Source: Balanoglossus misakiensis (taxonomy: Eukaryota > Animalia > Hemichordata). From it: 64,000 nucleotides of DNA. The translations under genes were made by a program, and so were the position numbers. The stretch lies in NCBI GenBank assembly GCA_040954595.2, contig CM082589.2:10924894-10988893 (forward strand), read 5' to 3'. Below are positions 1-12,360 of the stretch, one piece after another. The stretch's first letter is position 1. Each line of letters opens with the position of its first letter. The notes under the pieces were generated by a model, which was not told the DNA's origin, did no database searches, and saw only the letters and a list, made by a program, of their open reading frames with translations.

Positions 1-3000
1 AAAATTTCGTCGTTTTTTGAAAAAAAATCATTGGTGAAAATCATCAAAAAATGACAAATTTTCGTCTTTGCAAAATCTCAAAATTTCGTCCATTTTTGAA
101 AAAAAATCATGGGTAAAAATCATCAAAAATGACAAATTTTCGACTTTGCAAAATCTCAAAATTTCGTCAATTTTTGAAAAAAATCATGGGAGAAAATCAT
201 CAAAAAATGACAAATTTTGAAAAAAAAAAAACGGGTGAAAATCATCAAAAAATGACACATTTTCCTCTGCAAAATCTCAAAATTTCGTCGTTTTTTGAAA
301 AAAAATCATTGGTGAAAATCATCAAAAAATGACAAATTTTCGTCTTTGCAAAATCTCAAAATTTCGTCCATTTTTGAAAAAAAATCATGGGTAAAAATCA
401 TCAAAAATGACAAATTTTCGTCTTTACAAAATCTCAAATTTTCGTCGATTTTTGAAAAAAATCATGGGGGAAAATCATGAAAAAATGACAAATTTTCCTC
501 TTTGCAAAATCTCAAAATTTCGTCGATTTTTGAAAAAAATCATGGGTGAAAATCATGAAAAAATGACAAATTTTCCTCTTTGCAAAATATCAAAATTTCG
601 TCGTTTTTTGAAAAAAAATCATGGGTAAAAATCATCAAAAATGACAAATTTTCGTCTTTGCAAAATCTCAAATTTTCGTCGATTTTTGAAAAAAAATCAT
701 GGTTGAAAATCATCAAAAAATGACAAAATTTTCGACTTTGTAAAATCACAAAATTTCGTCGATTTTGAAAAAAATCATAGGTTCGTCGATTTTTTTAAAA
801 AAAAACATGGGTGAAAATCATCAAAAAATGACAAATTTTGAAAAAAAACGGTTGAAAATCATCAAAAAATGACACATTTTCGTCGACTTTGCAAAATCTC
901 AAAATTTCGTCGATTTTTGAAAAAAATCATGGGGGAAAATCACGAAAAAATGACAAATTTTCCTCTTTGCAAAATCTCACAATTTCGTCGATTTTTGAAA
1001 AAAATCATGTGTGAAAATCATCAAAAAATGACAAATTTTCGACTTTGCATAACCTCAAAATTTCGTCCATTTTTGAAAAAAAATCATGGGTAAAAATCAT
1101 CAAAAAATGACAAATTTTCGTCTTTGCAAAATCTCACAATTTCGTCGATTTTTGAAAAAAATCATGTGTGAAAATCATCAAAAAATGACAAATTTTCGAC
1201 TTTGCAAAATCTCAAAATTTCGTCAATTTTTGAAAAAATCATGGGTGAAAATCATCAAAAAATGACAAATTTTCCTCTTTGCAAAATCTATAAATTTCGT
1301 CGATTTTTGAAAAATTTTCAACTTTGCAAAATCTCAAAATTTCGTCGATTTTTGAAAAAAATCATGGGGGAAAATCATCAAAAAATGACAAATTTTCGAC
1401 TGCAAAATCTCAAAATTTCGTCGATTTTTGAAATAAATCATTGTTGAAAATTATCAAAAATTGACAAATTTTCCTTTTTGCAAAATCTCAAAATTTCGTC
1501 GATTTTTTGAAAAAAGACAGGTGAAAATCATCTAAAAATGACAAATTTTCGACTTTGCAAAATCTCAAAATTTCGTCAATTTTGAAAAAAATCATGGGGG
1601 AAAATCATCAAAAATGACAAATTTACGACTACAAAATCTCAAAATTTCGTCGATTTGTGAAAAAAAATCATGGGTGAAAATCATCAAAAAATGACAAATT
1701 TTTGACTTTGCACAATCTCAAAATTTCGTCAATTTTGAAAAAAATCATGGGTGAAAATCATCAAAAAATGACAAATTTTCGACTTTGCAAAATCTGAAAA
1801 TTTCATCGATATTTGAAAAAATCATGGGTGAAAATCATGAAAAAATGACAAATTTTCGACTTTGCAAAATCTCAAAATTTCGTCGATTTTTGAAAAAAAT
1901 CATGGGGAAAATGATCAAAAAATGACAAATTTTCGACTGCAAAATTTCAAAATTTCGTCAATTTTGAAAAAATCATGGGTGAAAATCATCAAAAAATGAC
2001 AAATTTTCGACTGCAAAATCTCAAAATTTCGTCGATTTTTGAAAAAAAACGGGTGAAAATCATCAAAAAATGACAAATTTTCGACTGCAAAATCTCAAAA
2101 TTTCGTCGATTTTTGAAAAAAAACGGGTGAAAATCATCAAAAAATGACAAATTTTCGACTGCAAAAACTCAAAATTTCGTCAATTTTGAAAAAAATCATG
2201 GGTGAAAATCATCAAAAAATGACAAATTTTCCTCTTTGCAAAATCTATAAATTTCGTCGATTTTTGAAAAATTTTCAACTTTGCAAAATCTCAAAATTTC
2301 GTCGATTTTTGAAAAAAATCATGGGGGAAAATCATCAAAAAATGACAAATTTACGACTACAAAATCTCAAAATTTCGTCGATTTGTGAAAAAAAATCATG
2401 GGTGAAAATCATCAAAAAATGACAAATTTTCGACTTTGCAAAATCTCAAAATTTTGCCAATTTTGAAAAAATCATGGGTGAAAATCATCAAAAAATGACA
2501 AATTTTTTACTGCAAAATCTCAAATTTTCGTCGATTTTTTAAAAAAATTGTTGAAAATCATCAAAAAATGACAAATTTTTGACTGCAAAATCTCAAAATT
2601 TCGTCGATTTTTGAAAAAATATCATTGTTGAAAATCATCAAAAAATGACAAATTTTCGACTTTGCAAAATCTCAAAATTTCATCGATTTTTGAAAAAAAT
2701 CATGGGTGAAAATCATCAAAAAATGACAAATTTTCGACTTTGCAAAATCTCAAAATTTCGTCGATTTTTGAAGAAAATCAAGGGTGAAAATCATCAAAAA
2801 ATGACAAATTTTCGACTTTGCAAAATCTCAAAATTTCGTCGATTTTTGAAAAAAATCATGGGGAAAATGATCAAAAAATGACAAATTTTCGACTGCAAAA
2901 TTTCAAAATTTCGTCAATTTTGAAAAAATCATGGGTGAAAATCATCAAAAAATGACAAATTTTCGACTGCAAAATCTCAAAATTTCGTCGATTTTTGAAA

Positions 3001-4618
3001 AAAAAACGGGTGAAAATCATCAAAAAATTACAAATTTTCGACTGCAAAAACTCAAAATTTCGTCAATTTTGAAAAAAATCATGGGTGAAAATCATCAAAA
3101 AATGACAAATTTTCCTCTTTGCAAAATCTATAAATTTCGTCGATTTTTGAAAAATTTTCAACTTTGCAAAATCTCAAAATTTCGTCGATTTTTGAAAAAA
3201 ATCATGGGGGAAAATCATCAAAAAATGACAAATTTTCGACTGCAAAATCTCAAAATTTCGTCGATTTTTGAAATAAATCATTGTTGAAAATTATCAAAAA
3301 ATGACAAATTTTCCTCTTTGCAAAATCTCAAAATTTCGTCGATTTTTTGAAAAAAGACGGGTGAAAATCATCTAAAAATGACAAATTTTCGACTTTGCAA
3401 AATCTCAAAATTTCGTTGATTTTTGAAAAAAATCATGGGGGAAAATCATCAAAGAATGACAAATTAACGACTACAAAATCTCAAAATTTCGTCGATTTGT
3501 GAAAAAAAATCATGGGTGAAAATCATCAAAAAATGACAAATTTTCGACTTTGCAAAATCTCAAAATTTTGCCAATTTTGAAAAAATCATGGGTGAAAATC
3601 ATCAAAAAATGACAAATTTTTTACTGCAAAATCTCAAATTTTCGTCGATTTTTTAAAAAAATTGTTGAAAATCATCAAAAAATGACAAATTTTTGACTGC
3701 AAAATCTCAAAATTTCGTCGATTTTTGAAAAAAAATCATTGTTGAAAATCATCAAAAAATGACAAATTTTCCTCTTTGCAAAATCTCAAAATTTCGTCGA
3801 TTTTTGAAAAAAGACATGGGTGAAAATCATCAAAAAATGACAAATTTTAGACTTTGCAAAATCTCAAAATTTCGTCGATTTTTGAAAAAAAATCATGGAG
3901 GAAAATCATTAAAAAATGACAAATTTACGACTGCAAAATCTCAAAATTTCGTCGATTTGTGAAAAAAAATCATGGGTGAAAATCATCAAAAAATGACAAA
4001 TTTTTGACTGCAAAATCTCAAAATTTCGTCAATTTTTGAAAAAAATCATGGTTGAAAATCATCATGACAATGACAAATTTTCGACTTTGCAAAATCTCAA
4101 AATTTCGTCGATTTTGAAAAAAATCATGGGTTCGTCCATTTTTGAAAAAAAAACATTGGGTGAAAATCATCAAAAAATGACAAATTTTCGACTTCGCAAA
4201 ATCTCAAAATTTCGTCGATTTTTGAAAAAAATCATGGGTGAAAATAATCAAAAAATGACAAATTTTCGACTTTGCAAAATCTCAAAATTTCGTCGATTTT
4301 TGAAAAAAATCATGGGGGAAAATCATCAAAAAATTACAAATTTTCGACTGCAAAATCTCAAAATTTCGTCAATTTTGAAAAAAATCATCGGTGAAAATCA
4401 TCAAAAAATTACAATTTTTTTACTGCAAAATCTCAAATTTTCGTCGATTTTTTAAAAAAATTGTTGAAAATCATCAAAAAATGACAAATTTTCCTCTTTT
4501 GCAAAATCTCAAAATTTCGTCGATTTTTGAAAAAAGACGGGTGAAAATCATCAAAAAATGACAAATTTTCGACTTTGCAAAATCTGAAAATTTCGTCGAT
4601 TTTTGAAAAAAATCATGG
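1..4618. repeat. Satellite array, ~76-79-bp monomer (runs off the left edge of the window)
   Basis: Monomer gaaaaaaatcatgggtgaaaatcatcaaaaaatgacaaattttcgactttgcaaaatctcaaaatttcgtcgattttt repeats continuously (e.g. atctcaaaat at 4201 and 4279 = 78 bp). ORFs here are repeat translations. Confidence 0.97.
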
Positions 4619-5497
4619 CAGGTGTCAAAGGTATCCCCCTGTATTTGGCATTTCATGATAGTTTCATCCCTCCAAATACCAAAGCTGCACCTGTACAACG
4701 GGATGAGATATGGCACTGTATGACAGAGGTCATCAAAATCACCTTATACATTTGGGCAAAAACCAACTGACACTTACATTCGTCCCTGTGGAACAAAAAC
4801 CACACCTATCGCCCTGTTGGTTAGTGTCCAATTAAATGTACAAAATCAATGACTTAGGCAGGTGCAACAGGTGACCCCGCCTTTGGTATATCATTATGGT
4901 CCCATCCGTATATGCCCCCCCCCCCCAAGCCAAAGCTGCATGCATCTTCTGTAGATGCTCACTAAGCAAAAGTAGGTGAAAGGTCACATAAGGTCGCCCA
5001 CAACTTGACGGGAAAATCGGACTTCATATTGATCCATGTGCAACAAATACCACGCTACCACCCCTTTCATTGACCCCACAATTACGCATGCACATAATTA
5101 TTGAGTTACGCAGGTGTCACAGGTGACCCCCGAATCGGGTGTATTATTTTGGTCCCATACAGCTGCATGTAGCTGCGTGCCGTTACGGGCGACCTGATAA
5201 CCCACACGGCCACCTGCGGGCCGACCCCCATACTGAACGTCCAGTTGCAACATCACGACTGAAGTAGGAACTTTTGAACGGCAACGAAGCCTGATCTCTG
5301 ATTATTGCTGGTACCAAACTCCCTTCGTGCAAGAAAATCACTGGTCTGCTGACGTATTTCAGGCAATTTCCCAAACTACTATCCACTACATGTGACTACA
5401 ATGCTAATGAAACCTCCCACAACATTAGCGACTTAGAGTCAAAGCCCACTGCCAGTGTAGCCGGGTTTGCGTAGACACATTTGAATGGCAACAGCTA
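4618..5497. repeat. Degenerate ~240-250-bp tandem units (internal part of a HINE-like element, continuing at 8638)
   Basis: gcaggtg(t/c)(c/a)a(a/c)aggt...cccc recurs at ~4618, 4858 and 5110. Block 5285-5445 aligns with 8663-8835 (aatcactggtctg..acgtatttcag..gctaatga..gtcaaag). Confidence 0.65.
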
Positions 5498-8400
5498 ACA
5501 AATAATAACAATTCTTTATTTCAGACTTTAAAAAAAGTCCATATACCCAAAAGAGAGAAGAAAAAAAAACAATAATAATAATCTGACACTGAGACACACA
5601 CAAAAAAAAACTTACATGATATACAATTGCTTTCGCCAATGTTTGAAAAATATGCTGTCAGTCGCTCTATCTGATGAACAGATCGCATCAAGTAAAACAT
5701 TAGAAGAATTTTCGAGTCTACGCTTAAGATGGGTCCCTGGGATCTTTTTGCTCGTTGCTATGGGCCTTTATAGGACATTACACCCCGATTTGGACTAAGC
5801 CGTTTTCAGAGTCTAACAAGGGGCTGGTAACTAGTTGAAAATCTGCACGATTGTGAGCGCGCGCCCCCTGACGCCATTGATATGAAAATTAGCTAGGTCA
5901 AATTTCAAAAGCCTAAGGCTTTTTATTCCGTGACCTCAAAAACGAACTTGATACGTATTCATTAGTTGCTTGAACCAGGGAAGATCGTGACGGATTTTGT
6001 TTTCGAATATTATCGTTGTATCCTAAGATTTCAGCATACCCGTACCACACCTGAAAAAGTCATCGATTTTGGGTGTTTTTGGACGCACTCTTCCACCGGT
6101 ATCGCTTCTTAGCACGACGAAAACCGAAAAAACGATCCGTCACACTGTGCGGAAGTGCGTTCTCAACAAGCAGGTCAAATTTGACTGGCGTACGTGGCCT
6201 ATGAAAAAAGACTTAGGGATTTTCGTGAACGGTACAAAATCTCTGTGTACAAAACATTGGATTTTTAGCGTTCGATCCAGTTACTGTGGTTACAGGACGC
6301 GCACGCTATCGCTGACCGCTGCTTTGCCGTATTAGCGTGGCGGCCTATGGCCGGGTGGTAGCTGCCGTAAACATACTCGGACAGGGGGTGTGCACATAAT
6401 CGTGCAGATTTTCAACTAGTTACCAGCCCCTTGTTAGACTCTGAAAACGGCTTAGTCCAAATCGGGGTGTAATGTCCTATAAAGGCCCACAGCAACGAGC
6501 AAAAAGATCCCAGGGACCCATCTTAAAACTGTACATATTGCGTCTAAAAACTTCACCAAGTGACAATACATGTACATGGTTTGTAGCAAACATACCCGAT
6601 GCACAGCAAAATGGCGGAAGACCGAGAAATCTTCTGCAAACATTATTGTACATAGTTTTAAATTTTTTCATCGGTTTAACTTTAAAGGATGCCCACAAAC
6701 TGCAACAGTAAATATTACTACAATATGCCAAAAATAAAACTTTCTTCACATCTTGACTACAATGTTGAAAATGTCTCAATAGCATGTTTGCTCTTACACA
6801 AAATGCTCTTCTCTGTCGTTCAATATCTTCATTATCACAACCATCACAAGATATAACATGGCCCAGATAGGTGTGTACAGGTACAAACTTTAAAGTGATG
6901 TCATTAAGTTTAACCGAAGGAATTCTTTGAACGCTCATATTCTTCCCATTAAAAAGCATGCACACAGTTTTACTAGAATTATAAATGATATCATAATCCT
7001 TGCCATAAATTTCACAAATTCTAAGAAGACGGCGTAGACCCTTAATACTTGGACTGAGTAGAGTCATGTCGTCAGCGTAACCTAAAGTGTTAGCGCTGAC
7101 ACCACACATGGTACAGCTAACTTTGGCTTTACAGAGTGCATTGATAATATCATCAATGTAGACATTAAAAAGATAGGGAGAGAGTACCCCCCCCTTGTCT
7201 TACACCGTTAGAAACAGAAAACAACTCTGAGGTTTCATTACCCCACAACACAGTAAACAATTGATTTCTGTACCATTAATATAAAATTCGTACAGCATAC
7301 AAGGGAACATTCCTGTCGATGTGCTTGTTAATTATAACCAGTTTAAAGTGATTAACTCTGTCAAAAGCTTTTGAAGCATCCAGAAAACAAGTAAACACTG
7401 GTCTTCCATTGCTGGTGTAGTAGCTAATGATTTCTTTAAATGCAAATAAACACAGGTCAGTTGAATGTTCTCGCTTGAAACCAAATTGTAAATAATGAGA
7501 GGTAAGAAACTCCTCACAACGAGAAAGTAAAATATGCTCAAAAACTTTAGAGAAAACAGTTGCTAGTGCTATCGGCCGGTAGTTACTGGCATCACTACAA
7601 AGCTTAGTTTTATCCTTAATAATTGGAACTAAATTAACATTGATAGCCTCAGTTGGCAGGTAACCATGAACAATCATTGCATTAATACAACAAGTCAAAA
7701 AGGGTAAAATAGAGGAGTCTGAGAATTTGAGGTGCTCAGCTAAAATATTGTCAATGCCAGCTGTCTTACCATCAGGTAACTTATGTATAGCAGAAATTAC
7801 TTCGTCTTCAGAAACATACATATCAGAAGAAAATTTAACATACTTCATTTTCTCCTCGATGTCATTTTTACCAGTCTGAGCCTGGACAGAATTCAAAATA
7901 TCACTGAAATGCTTGTGCCACATAATTGCAATTTCACTCTCACCAGTCGCTCCACCTACAGTGTCAGAAAGCGGCGTTTTTCTGCTAGTTTGCTTTCTGA
8001 CTTCCTCCCAGAAGTCGTTCTGTTTGTGGCAGCGTAAATTATCAGCCATCTTGTCAGCCCTATTTTGATTCTCAATCTTTTTACAAGCACGTAAAGCATA
8101 CTAAAAACGAGCTCTGGAAGATTTCATGGTTTCAAAAAGCGGGCCTTGTTTAGGTTAACCCACATTAACCCATAATAAAAACATGGAACGGGCATAGTCG
8201 TGACTTTCTTTTACAAAATCGTTCCAGCCAGGCACAACATGAACTTTCTGGTGAAACTTACGTCTAATGGTATCTTTTGCAGCACAATTCAATGCGTCCA
8301 CAATACTACTATAACAAGTATCAATTGCCTGTAAATGCGAAGGGTCTGTACAGTTCACATTAGTGCAGAATAACTCTTCGGATAAATTAATCTTATCAAT

Positions 8401-8637
8401 CTTGGCTTTGGTACAACCGGTGTAGGCGGATATATTCTGCTGTGACAATTTTTTCCAATCAACTCGAAAATTACATTGCTTGAAGGAACTACTGCTGAAG
8501 CTTTCATCAGCAGAAGTGTTGAAATGAACCTCTATTGAAACAGGAATATGGTCGGAGTCAACAACATTGCAAAGACTCGAAATTGAAAGAACATTGCTAT
8601 GAGAAATTTCAGTGGTAACACAGTAGTCAATCCAAAC
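5498..8637 (-). mobile_element. 5'-truncated, decayed non-LTR retrotransposon (APE C-terminus + RT; RTE-X-like, clade tentative)
   Basis: Minus strand: WIDYCVTT..SDHIPV (APE end, ~8530-8635); YRPIALATVFSKVFE, QFGFKREHST, FLDASKAFDRVNH, GVRQGGVLSP, YADDMTLL. Stops at ~8155 and ~8101, frameshifts near 7276 and 7190. ORF ends at TAA 5612-5614; 3' UTR has tatggac..gtctgaaataaa and a (tta)n-like tail at ~5500. Confidence 0.93.
5728..6522. mobile_element. Non-autonomous TIR element (Kolobok-like), 795 bp, TTAA TSD, inserted in the LINE
   Basis: ~125-bp near-perfect TIRs (gatgggtccctgggatc... / ...gatcccagggacccatc); TTAA at 5724-5727 and 6523-6526; RR...YY termini. Confidence 0.92.
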
Positions 8638-9240
8638 TCAGCGTAATTCAATAAAACGCCCTAACACAGCCTGAACTCCGATAATGTGTTGTCCCAAAAT
8701 TCATTCCGTGGAAAATAATCACTGGTCTGTTTACGTATTTCAGCCGATTTTCCAAGGACTACTGCAACCCGCCAGAAGTGAGTAGCCTGCTAATGAGATC
8801 TCCACAACATAACGTAATGACGGTCAAAGTCCGATGCCCCAGTGTCCGTCCTCAGCCCACCAAAAAAAGCGAAAAAATATTACAAAAACCTTCTTCTCAA
8901 AATCGACGTGGCCTAGGACCTTGAAATTTGGCACAGGGGATTTTGGCCACATGGTCTACAAAAATCGCGAAAAGAATGTACATGCCCCCATTAACGTGCA
9001 AATTAGGTCAATTTGAAAATTTCGCTCGATTATAGCAACAAAGTCACGTGACTAATTACAAATTCAAAGGGCTGGTGCACCAGTACTATGGGCCCCAACC
9101 ACCGTGCCAAATTTGGAAGGCGCACCTGCCGGAATTTCAGAGAAAAACGGGCGCAAAAAAACGACTCAAGAAGAAAGAAGACAAACTCCAGCAATAACAG
9201 AAGGGGACCAAGCGCCTGAGGGCTCTTGGTCCCCTAAATA
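8638..9240 (-). mobile_element. Helentron-associated (HINE/Pearl-like) non-autonomous element end
   Basis: Terminal hairpin aggggaccaag..cttggtcccct (~9201-9236) next to an A-run, adjacent (aga)n microsatellite and ttgaaatttggcac motifs; same layout as the element at 24376-25123. Confidence 0.6.
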
Positions 9241-9973
9241 TGGGACTAAACTTGACAGATACCCGGAATATTTTCCTATTCAGGATACCTGGTTGCATTT
9301 CCACCTAAAGGCGTCCTATTGGCGTGGAAATTGTATAACTTGAAATCGTTTGACTGGGTGATAGGTATTAATATCTTATGATGTTATAAAACACTTGGCT
9401 CGCCGAAGGTATGGACCGATTATAGCGTCAGTCGTGTCATACAATCTATATGAACGTCATGGGTCAATAAACTTGATGGTCCAATAAAATTCAATGGTTA
9501 GTAAAACTATTGTGTCCAATGTCTGCAGAGTATACTGGCTGCAACATGTGTATGAGTCAGGATTAATGTCTGTAGCCATCAACCCAAAAGGTGAACGTCC
9601 TATTCTCACTAACTTAAATAGGTTTTGCGACCTAGTTGAGTTATAAAAACCTTATGATAAAGTCGACACAATTTCAAGATGACGATGTGCAAATGAGAGT
9701 TCATAAGCTAAAGTAAAGTTCAATGAATTCTATACAAAGTTGAAAAAAGATTGTTTACTAAAGGAAGACATGAAAAAACTGATATCGTCTCTTCATATTC
9801 GTACATGTCCAACTGTTGTGATTTGACCCCTCCCCCCCCCAGGACATGGTACATGAAGCTATTACTTAGTACACACTTAAACAATTGGCATTTGAAGTGC
9901 CTTGCTTGACAGTGTTTAATGCGGTGGTCAGTTGCGTTTATCTCTCGCCACTTCATGCATCATGTCGCCTTAA

Positions 9974-10272
9974 AGGGGCAAACTCTCTCTCCCGTCGCCC
10001 TTTTCTATTAATAATGTTTGATACAAGACACCGTTTATATTAATGGGCATGTGTATATGTAGTGAATGAACGTTCAACCACACACAACTTCCATCCTGCT
10101 TGTATGATATGAGAGTAAAAACTCGCCCAAAATGAATAAATGGTAGAGACCGATTTTTCAGTTTGGCGAGTTTTCGCTCTCGTGTCTACATGCGGGATGG
10201 AAGGTGTGTGCGGTTGAACGTTGCATCACTATATATCCACATTTACATTAACATAAACGGTGTTTTGTATTG
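9974..10272. mobile_element. Foldback MITE family FB350 (TTAA-flanked, Kolobok-like), partial copy
   Basis: Starts ttaa|aggggcaaaactctctctc; arms invert around tggtagagaccg; same family as 11063, 22972, 23650 and 58999. Confidence 0.85.
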
Positions 10273-10664
10273 TCATTTCTTTTAATCGTGGATTTTCGTT
10301 TCTGATTTGTATGTATAATGAAAATCCATTTTGGGTCACTGCACTTGTTTTCGACTTTAAACAAGGCCGTGAATTTAGTCGATAATTGAAGAAAACTGCT
10401 GACGGTCAGCATTTTCTACCAATGGTTTGCCTATGGATACAATATTGAACAAAGTTTATCTCAAAATAGACCGTGGTGAATTTATTTTGATTTGTCGGAG
10501 CTATGTGTAAAATTTCCTGAAAATGACAATAATAGAAGGGAGTTTTCTAACTATTCTCCATGTACTCCTATGGGAAGAGACACAGGCGCACTGTTTACCA
10601 GTTGACGTTCTGCGCGTACATCATTGAGTGTACTGGCAGCTAACTTATTGTTTATTTGTAACAG

Positions 10665-10722
10665 CAATTGGATCTTGGAGCACTGTTTGGAACACCCTTT
10701 GTGAAATATGAATGTCCAGAAG
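10665..10722 (+). CDS. Exon: N-terminal linker and start of the C-type lectin domain
   Basis: taacag|QLDLGALFGTPFVKYECPE(G)|gtaagt; 58 nt, phase 0-1. Confidence 0.75.
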
Positions 10723-11062
10723 GTAAGTTGAATTGACCCTAGCCCTTTCACCAACATGGTTCAGTCAAAACCAATTGTTTTCTATGGTAATGTTGGACCT
10801 CTAAAGAGGAAACGGGGGGGGGGGGTGATGAAAGGTTTAAGACTTACAGATCACAACTTAAATAGCCATTCAGAAAGAGGCTTAGAGTGGAGTATCAAAT
10901 CGGACGATACCACTGACTGGTGGAGGAAGACAAAATAAGCAAACTGAGTAGATGAGTGCTCAGATTTCTTCAGAGGACCAAACGTTTCAAAGAATTATAC
11001 GTGACAATCCATGCCTGGTCCGTCAGTAGATATAAACAGAACATTGTGGCTGTATTCATTAA

Positions 11063-11353
11063 AGGGACAAAGTCTCTCTCTCGCTGCCCTTTTTCCATTA
11101 ATTATGTTTGATACAAGACTGCGTTTATATTATTCTACATGTGGATATAGTGAATCAACGTTCAACCATACACACCTTCCACTCCGCTTGTATAGACACG
11201 AGAGTTTTAAAAAGTCGCCAAAATGAATAAACGGTCTCTACCATTTATTCATTTCGGGCGGGTTTTTACTCTCGTATCATACAAGCGGGATGGAAGTTGT
11301 GTGTGGTTGAACGTTCATTCACTAACATAAACGGTGTCTTGTATCATGTCCCT
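11063..11353. mobile_element. Foldback MITE FB350 copy
   Basis: ttaa|agggacaaag ... gtccct|ttaa; internal palindrome with a deletion in the right arm. Confidence 0.88.
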
Positions 11354-11420
11354 TTAACACTTTTGAAGCATTTTACTAATGCTAACATGACTAGACCAAT
11401 TGAATGATGTTACATTGCAG

Positions 11421-11502
11421 GTTATCAACTCAGAGGGGCGTCTTGTTATAAAGCGGTACCTGACAAACAATCAGCTGGCAACGCTGAAAATACCTGTCAG
11501 TC
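11421..11502 (+). CDS. Exon: C-type lectin domain, part 1
   Basis: ttgcag|GYQLRGASCYKAVPDKQSAGNAENTCQS|gtaagt; 82 nt, phase 1-2, fits both neighbouring exons. Confidence 0.85.
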
Positions 11503-12159
11503 GTAAGTATGAAAGTATACATCATTTGAGTAGAATTTTATGGGAGATCCTAACAAGGCTTGGACATGTCACGCACAAATACAAAGGGCGCGTATAAAGA
11601 CAGACAAAACCTCGCTTAGTGTGAGGTGTTCAGCGATTGCATCTGATAAGTCGAAAATGCTTGATCACGTGTCATGTTCAGTTGGGAAATTGGATATGTC
11701 TCAGGCCAAAAAAACTAATATGTGCTATTCCGATTACATGGTTTTCAAAAATAGGGTAGGTAGAAAGGGACATTTTTTTATTTTTCAATTTTTTTATATC
11801 TTTGGCCGTCGTAGTGTAGAAGAATGACATCATAGTTCTTGCGTGATTCTCGCAATTTTCATGAATTGTTGTATATTTGACATCGTTATTTTTACTTCCG
11901 GTTTACGAAGATCTAAACTGTTTTGGGTCGGCGGGCTAAAATTAGGGTAGTTCGGGTAATCGTTATGACATTGGGAGCTACGGCTGCAAAGCCATGTGTC
12001 TCGTGCGAAAAGGGCCCTTAACCTTTTGCAATATTTAACAGCAAACAACAGACAGTTTTGAGAATAAAAGGTTTCCGTCGTGTCTGACTTTCATATCGCA
12101 TTAATAGCATATCCCTAAATTTAAAGAAATTAGGAGAGACAGAGTGAAACAGGCAGAGT

Positions 12160-12360
12160 GGCAGACAGACACAAGCAGACAGACAGAGCAACATTCATCA
12201 GTAGAGACACTCATCGGTCGCTCGCTCGCTCGCTCGCTCACTCTCTCTCTCAGAGAGAGGGGGCAGACAGTCAGACAGACCGACGTTGACAGACAGTCAG
12301 TAAGTCAGTCAGCCAGTTAATCAGTCAGTCAGACGTCAAAGACACAGTGACACAAACACA
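12160..12360. repeat. Compound microsatellite (gaca/cgct/ct/cagt)
   Basis: Visible tetranucleotide and dinucleotide runs. Confidence 0.8.

Noticed and set aside
129-4716. Lys/Phe-rich ORFs
   Set aside because: Translations of the 78-bp satellite, with frequent homopolymer frameshifts.
9240-10660. Start/signal-peptide exon of the Uif-like gene
   Set aside because: No convincing ATG plus hydrophobic stretch ending at a phase-0 donor was found.
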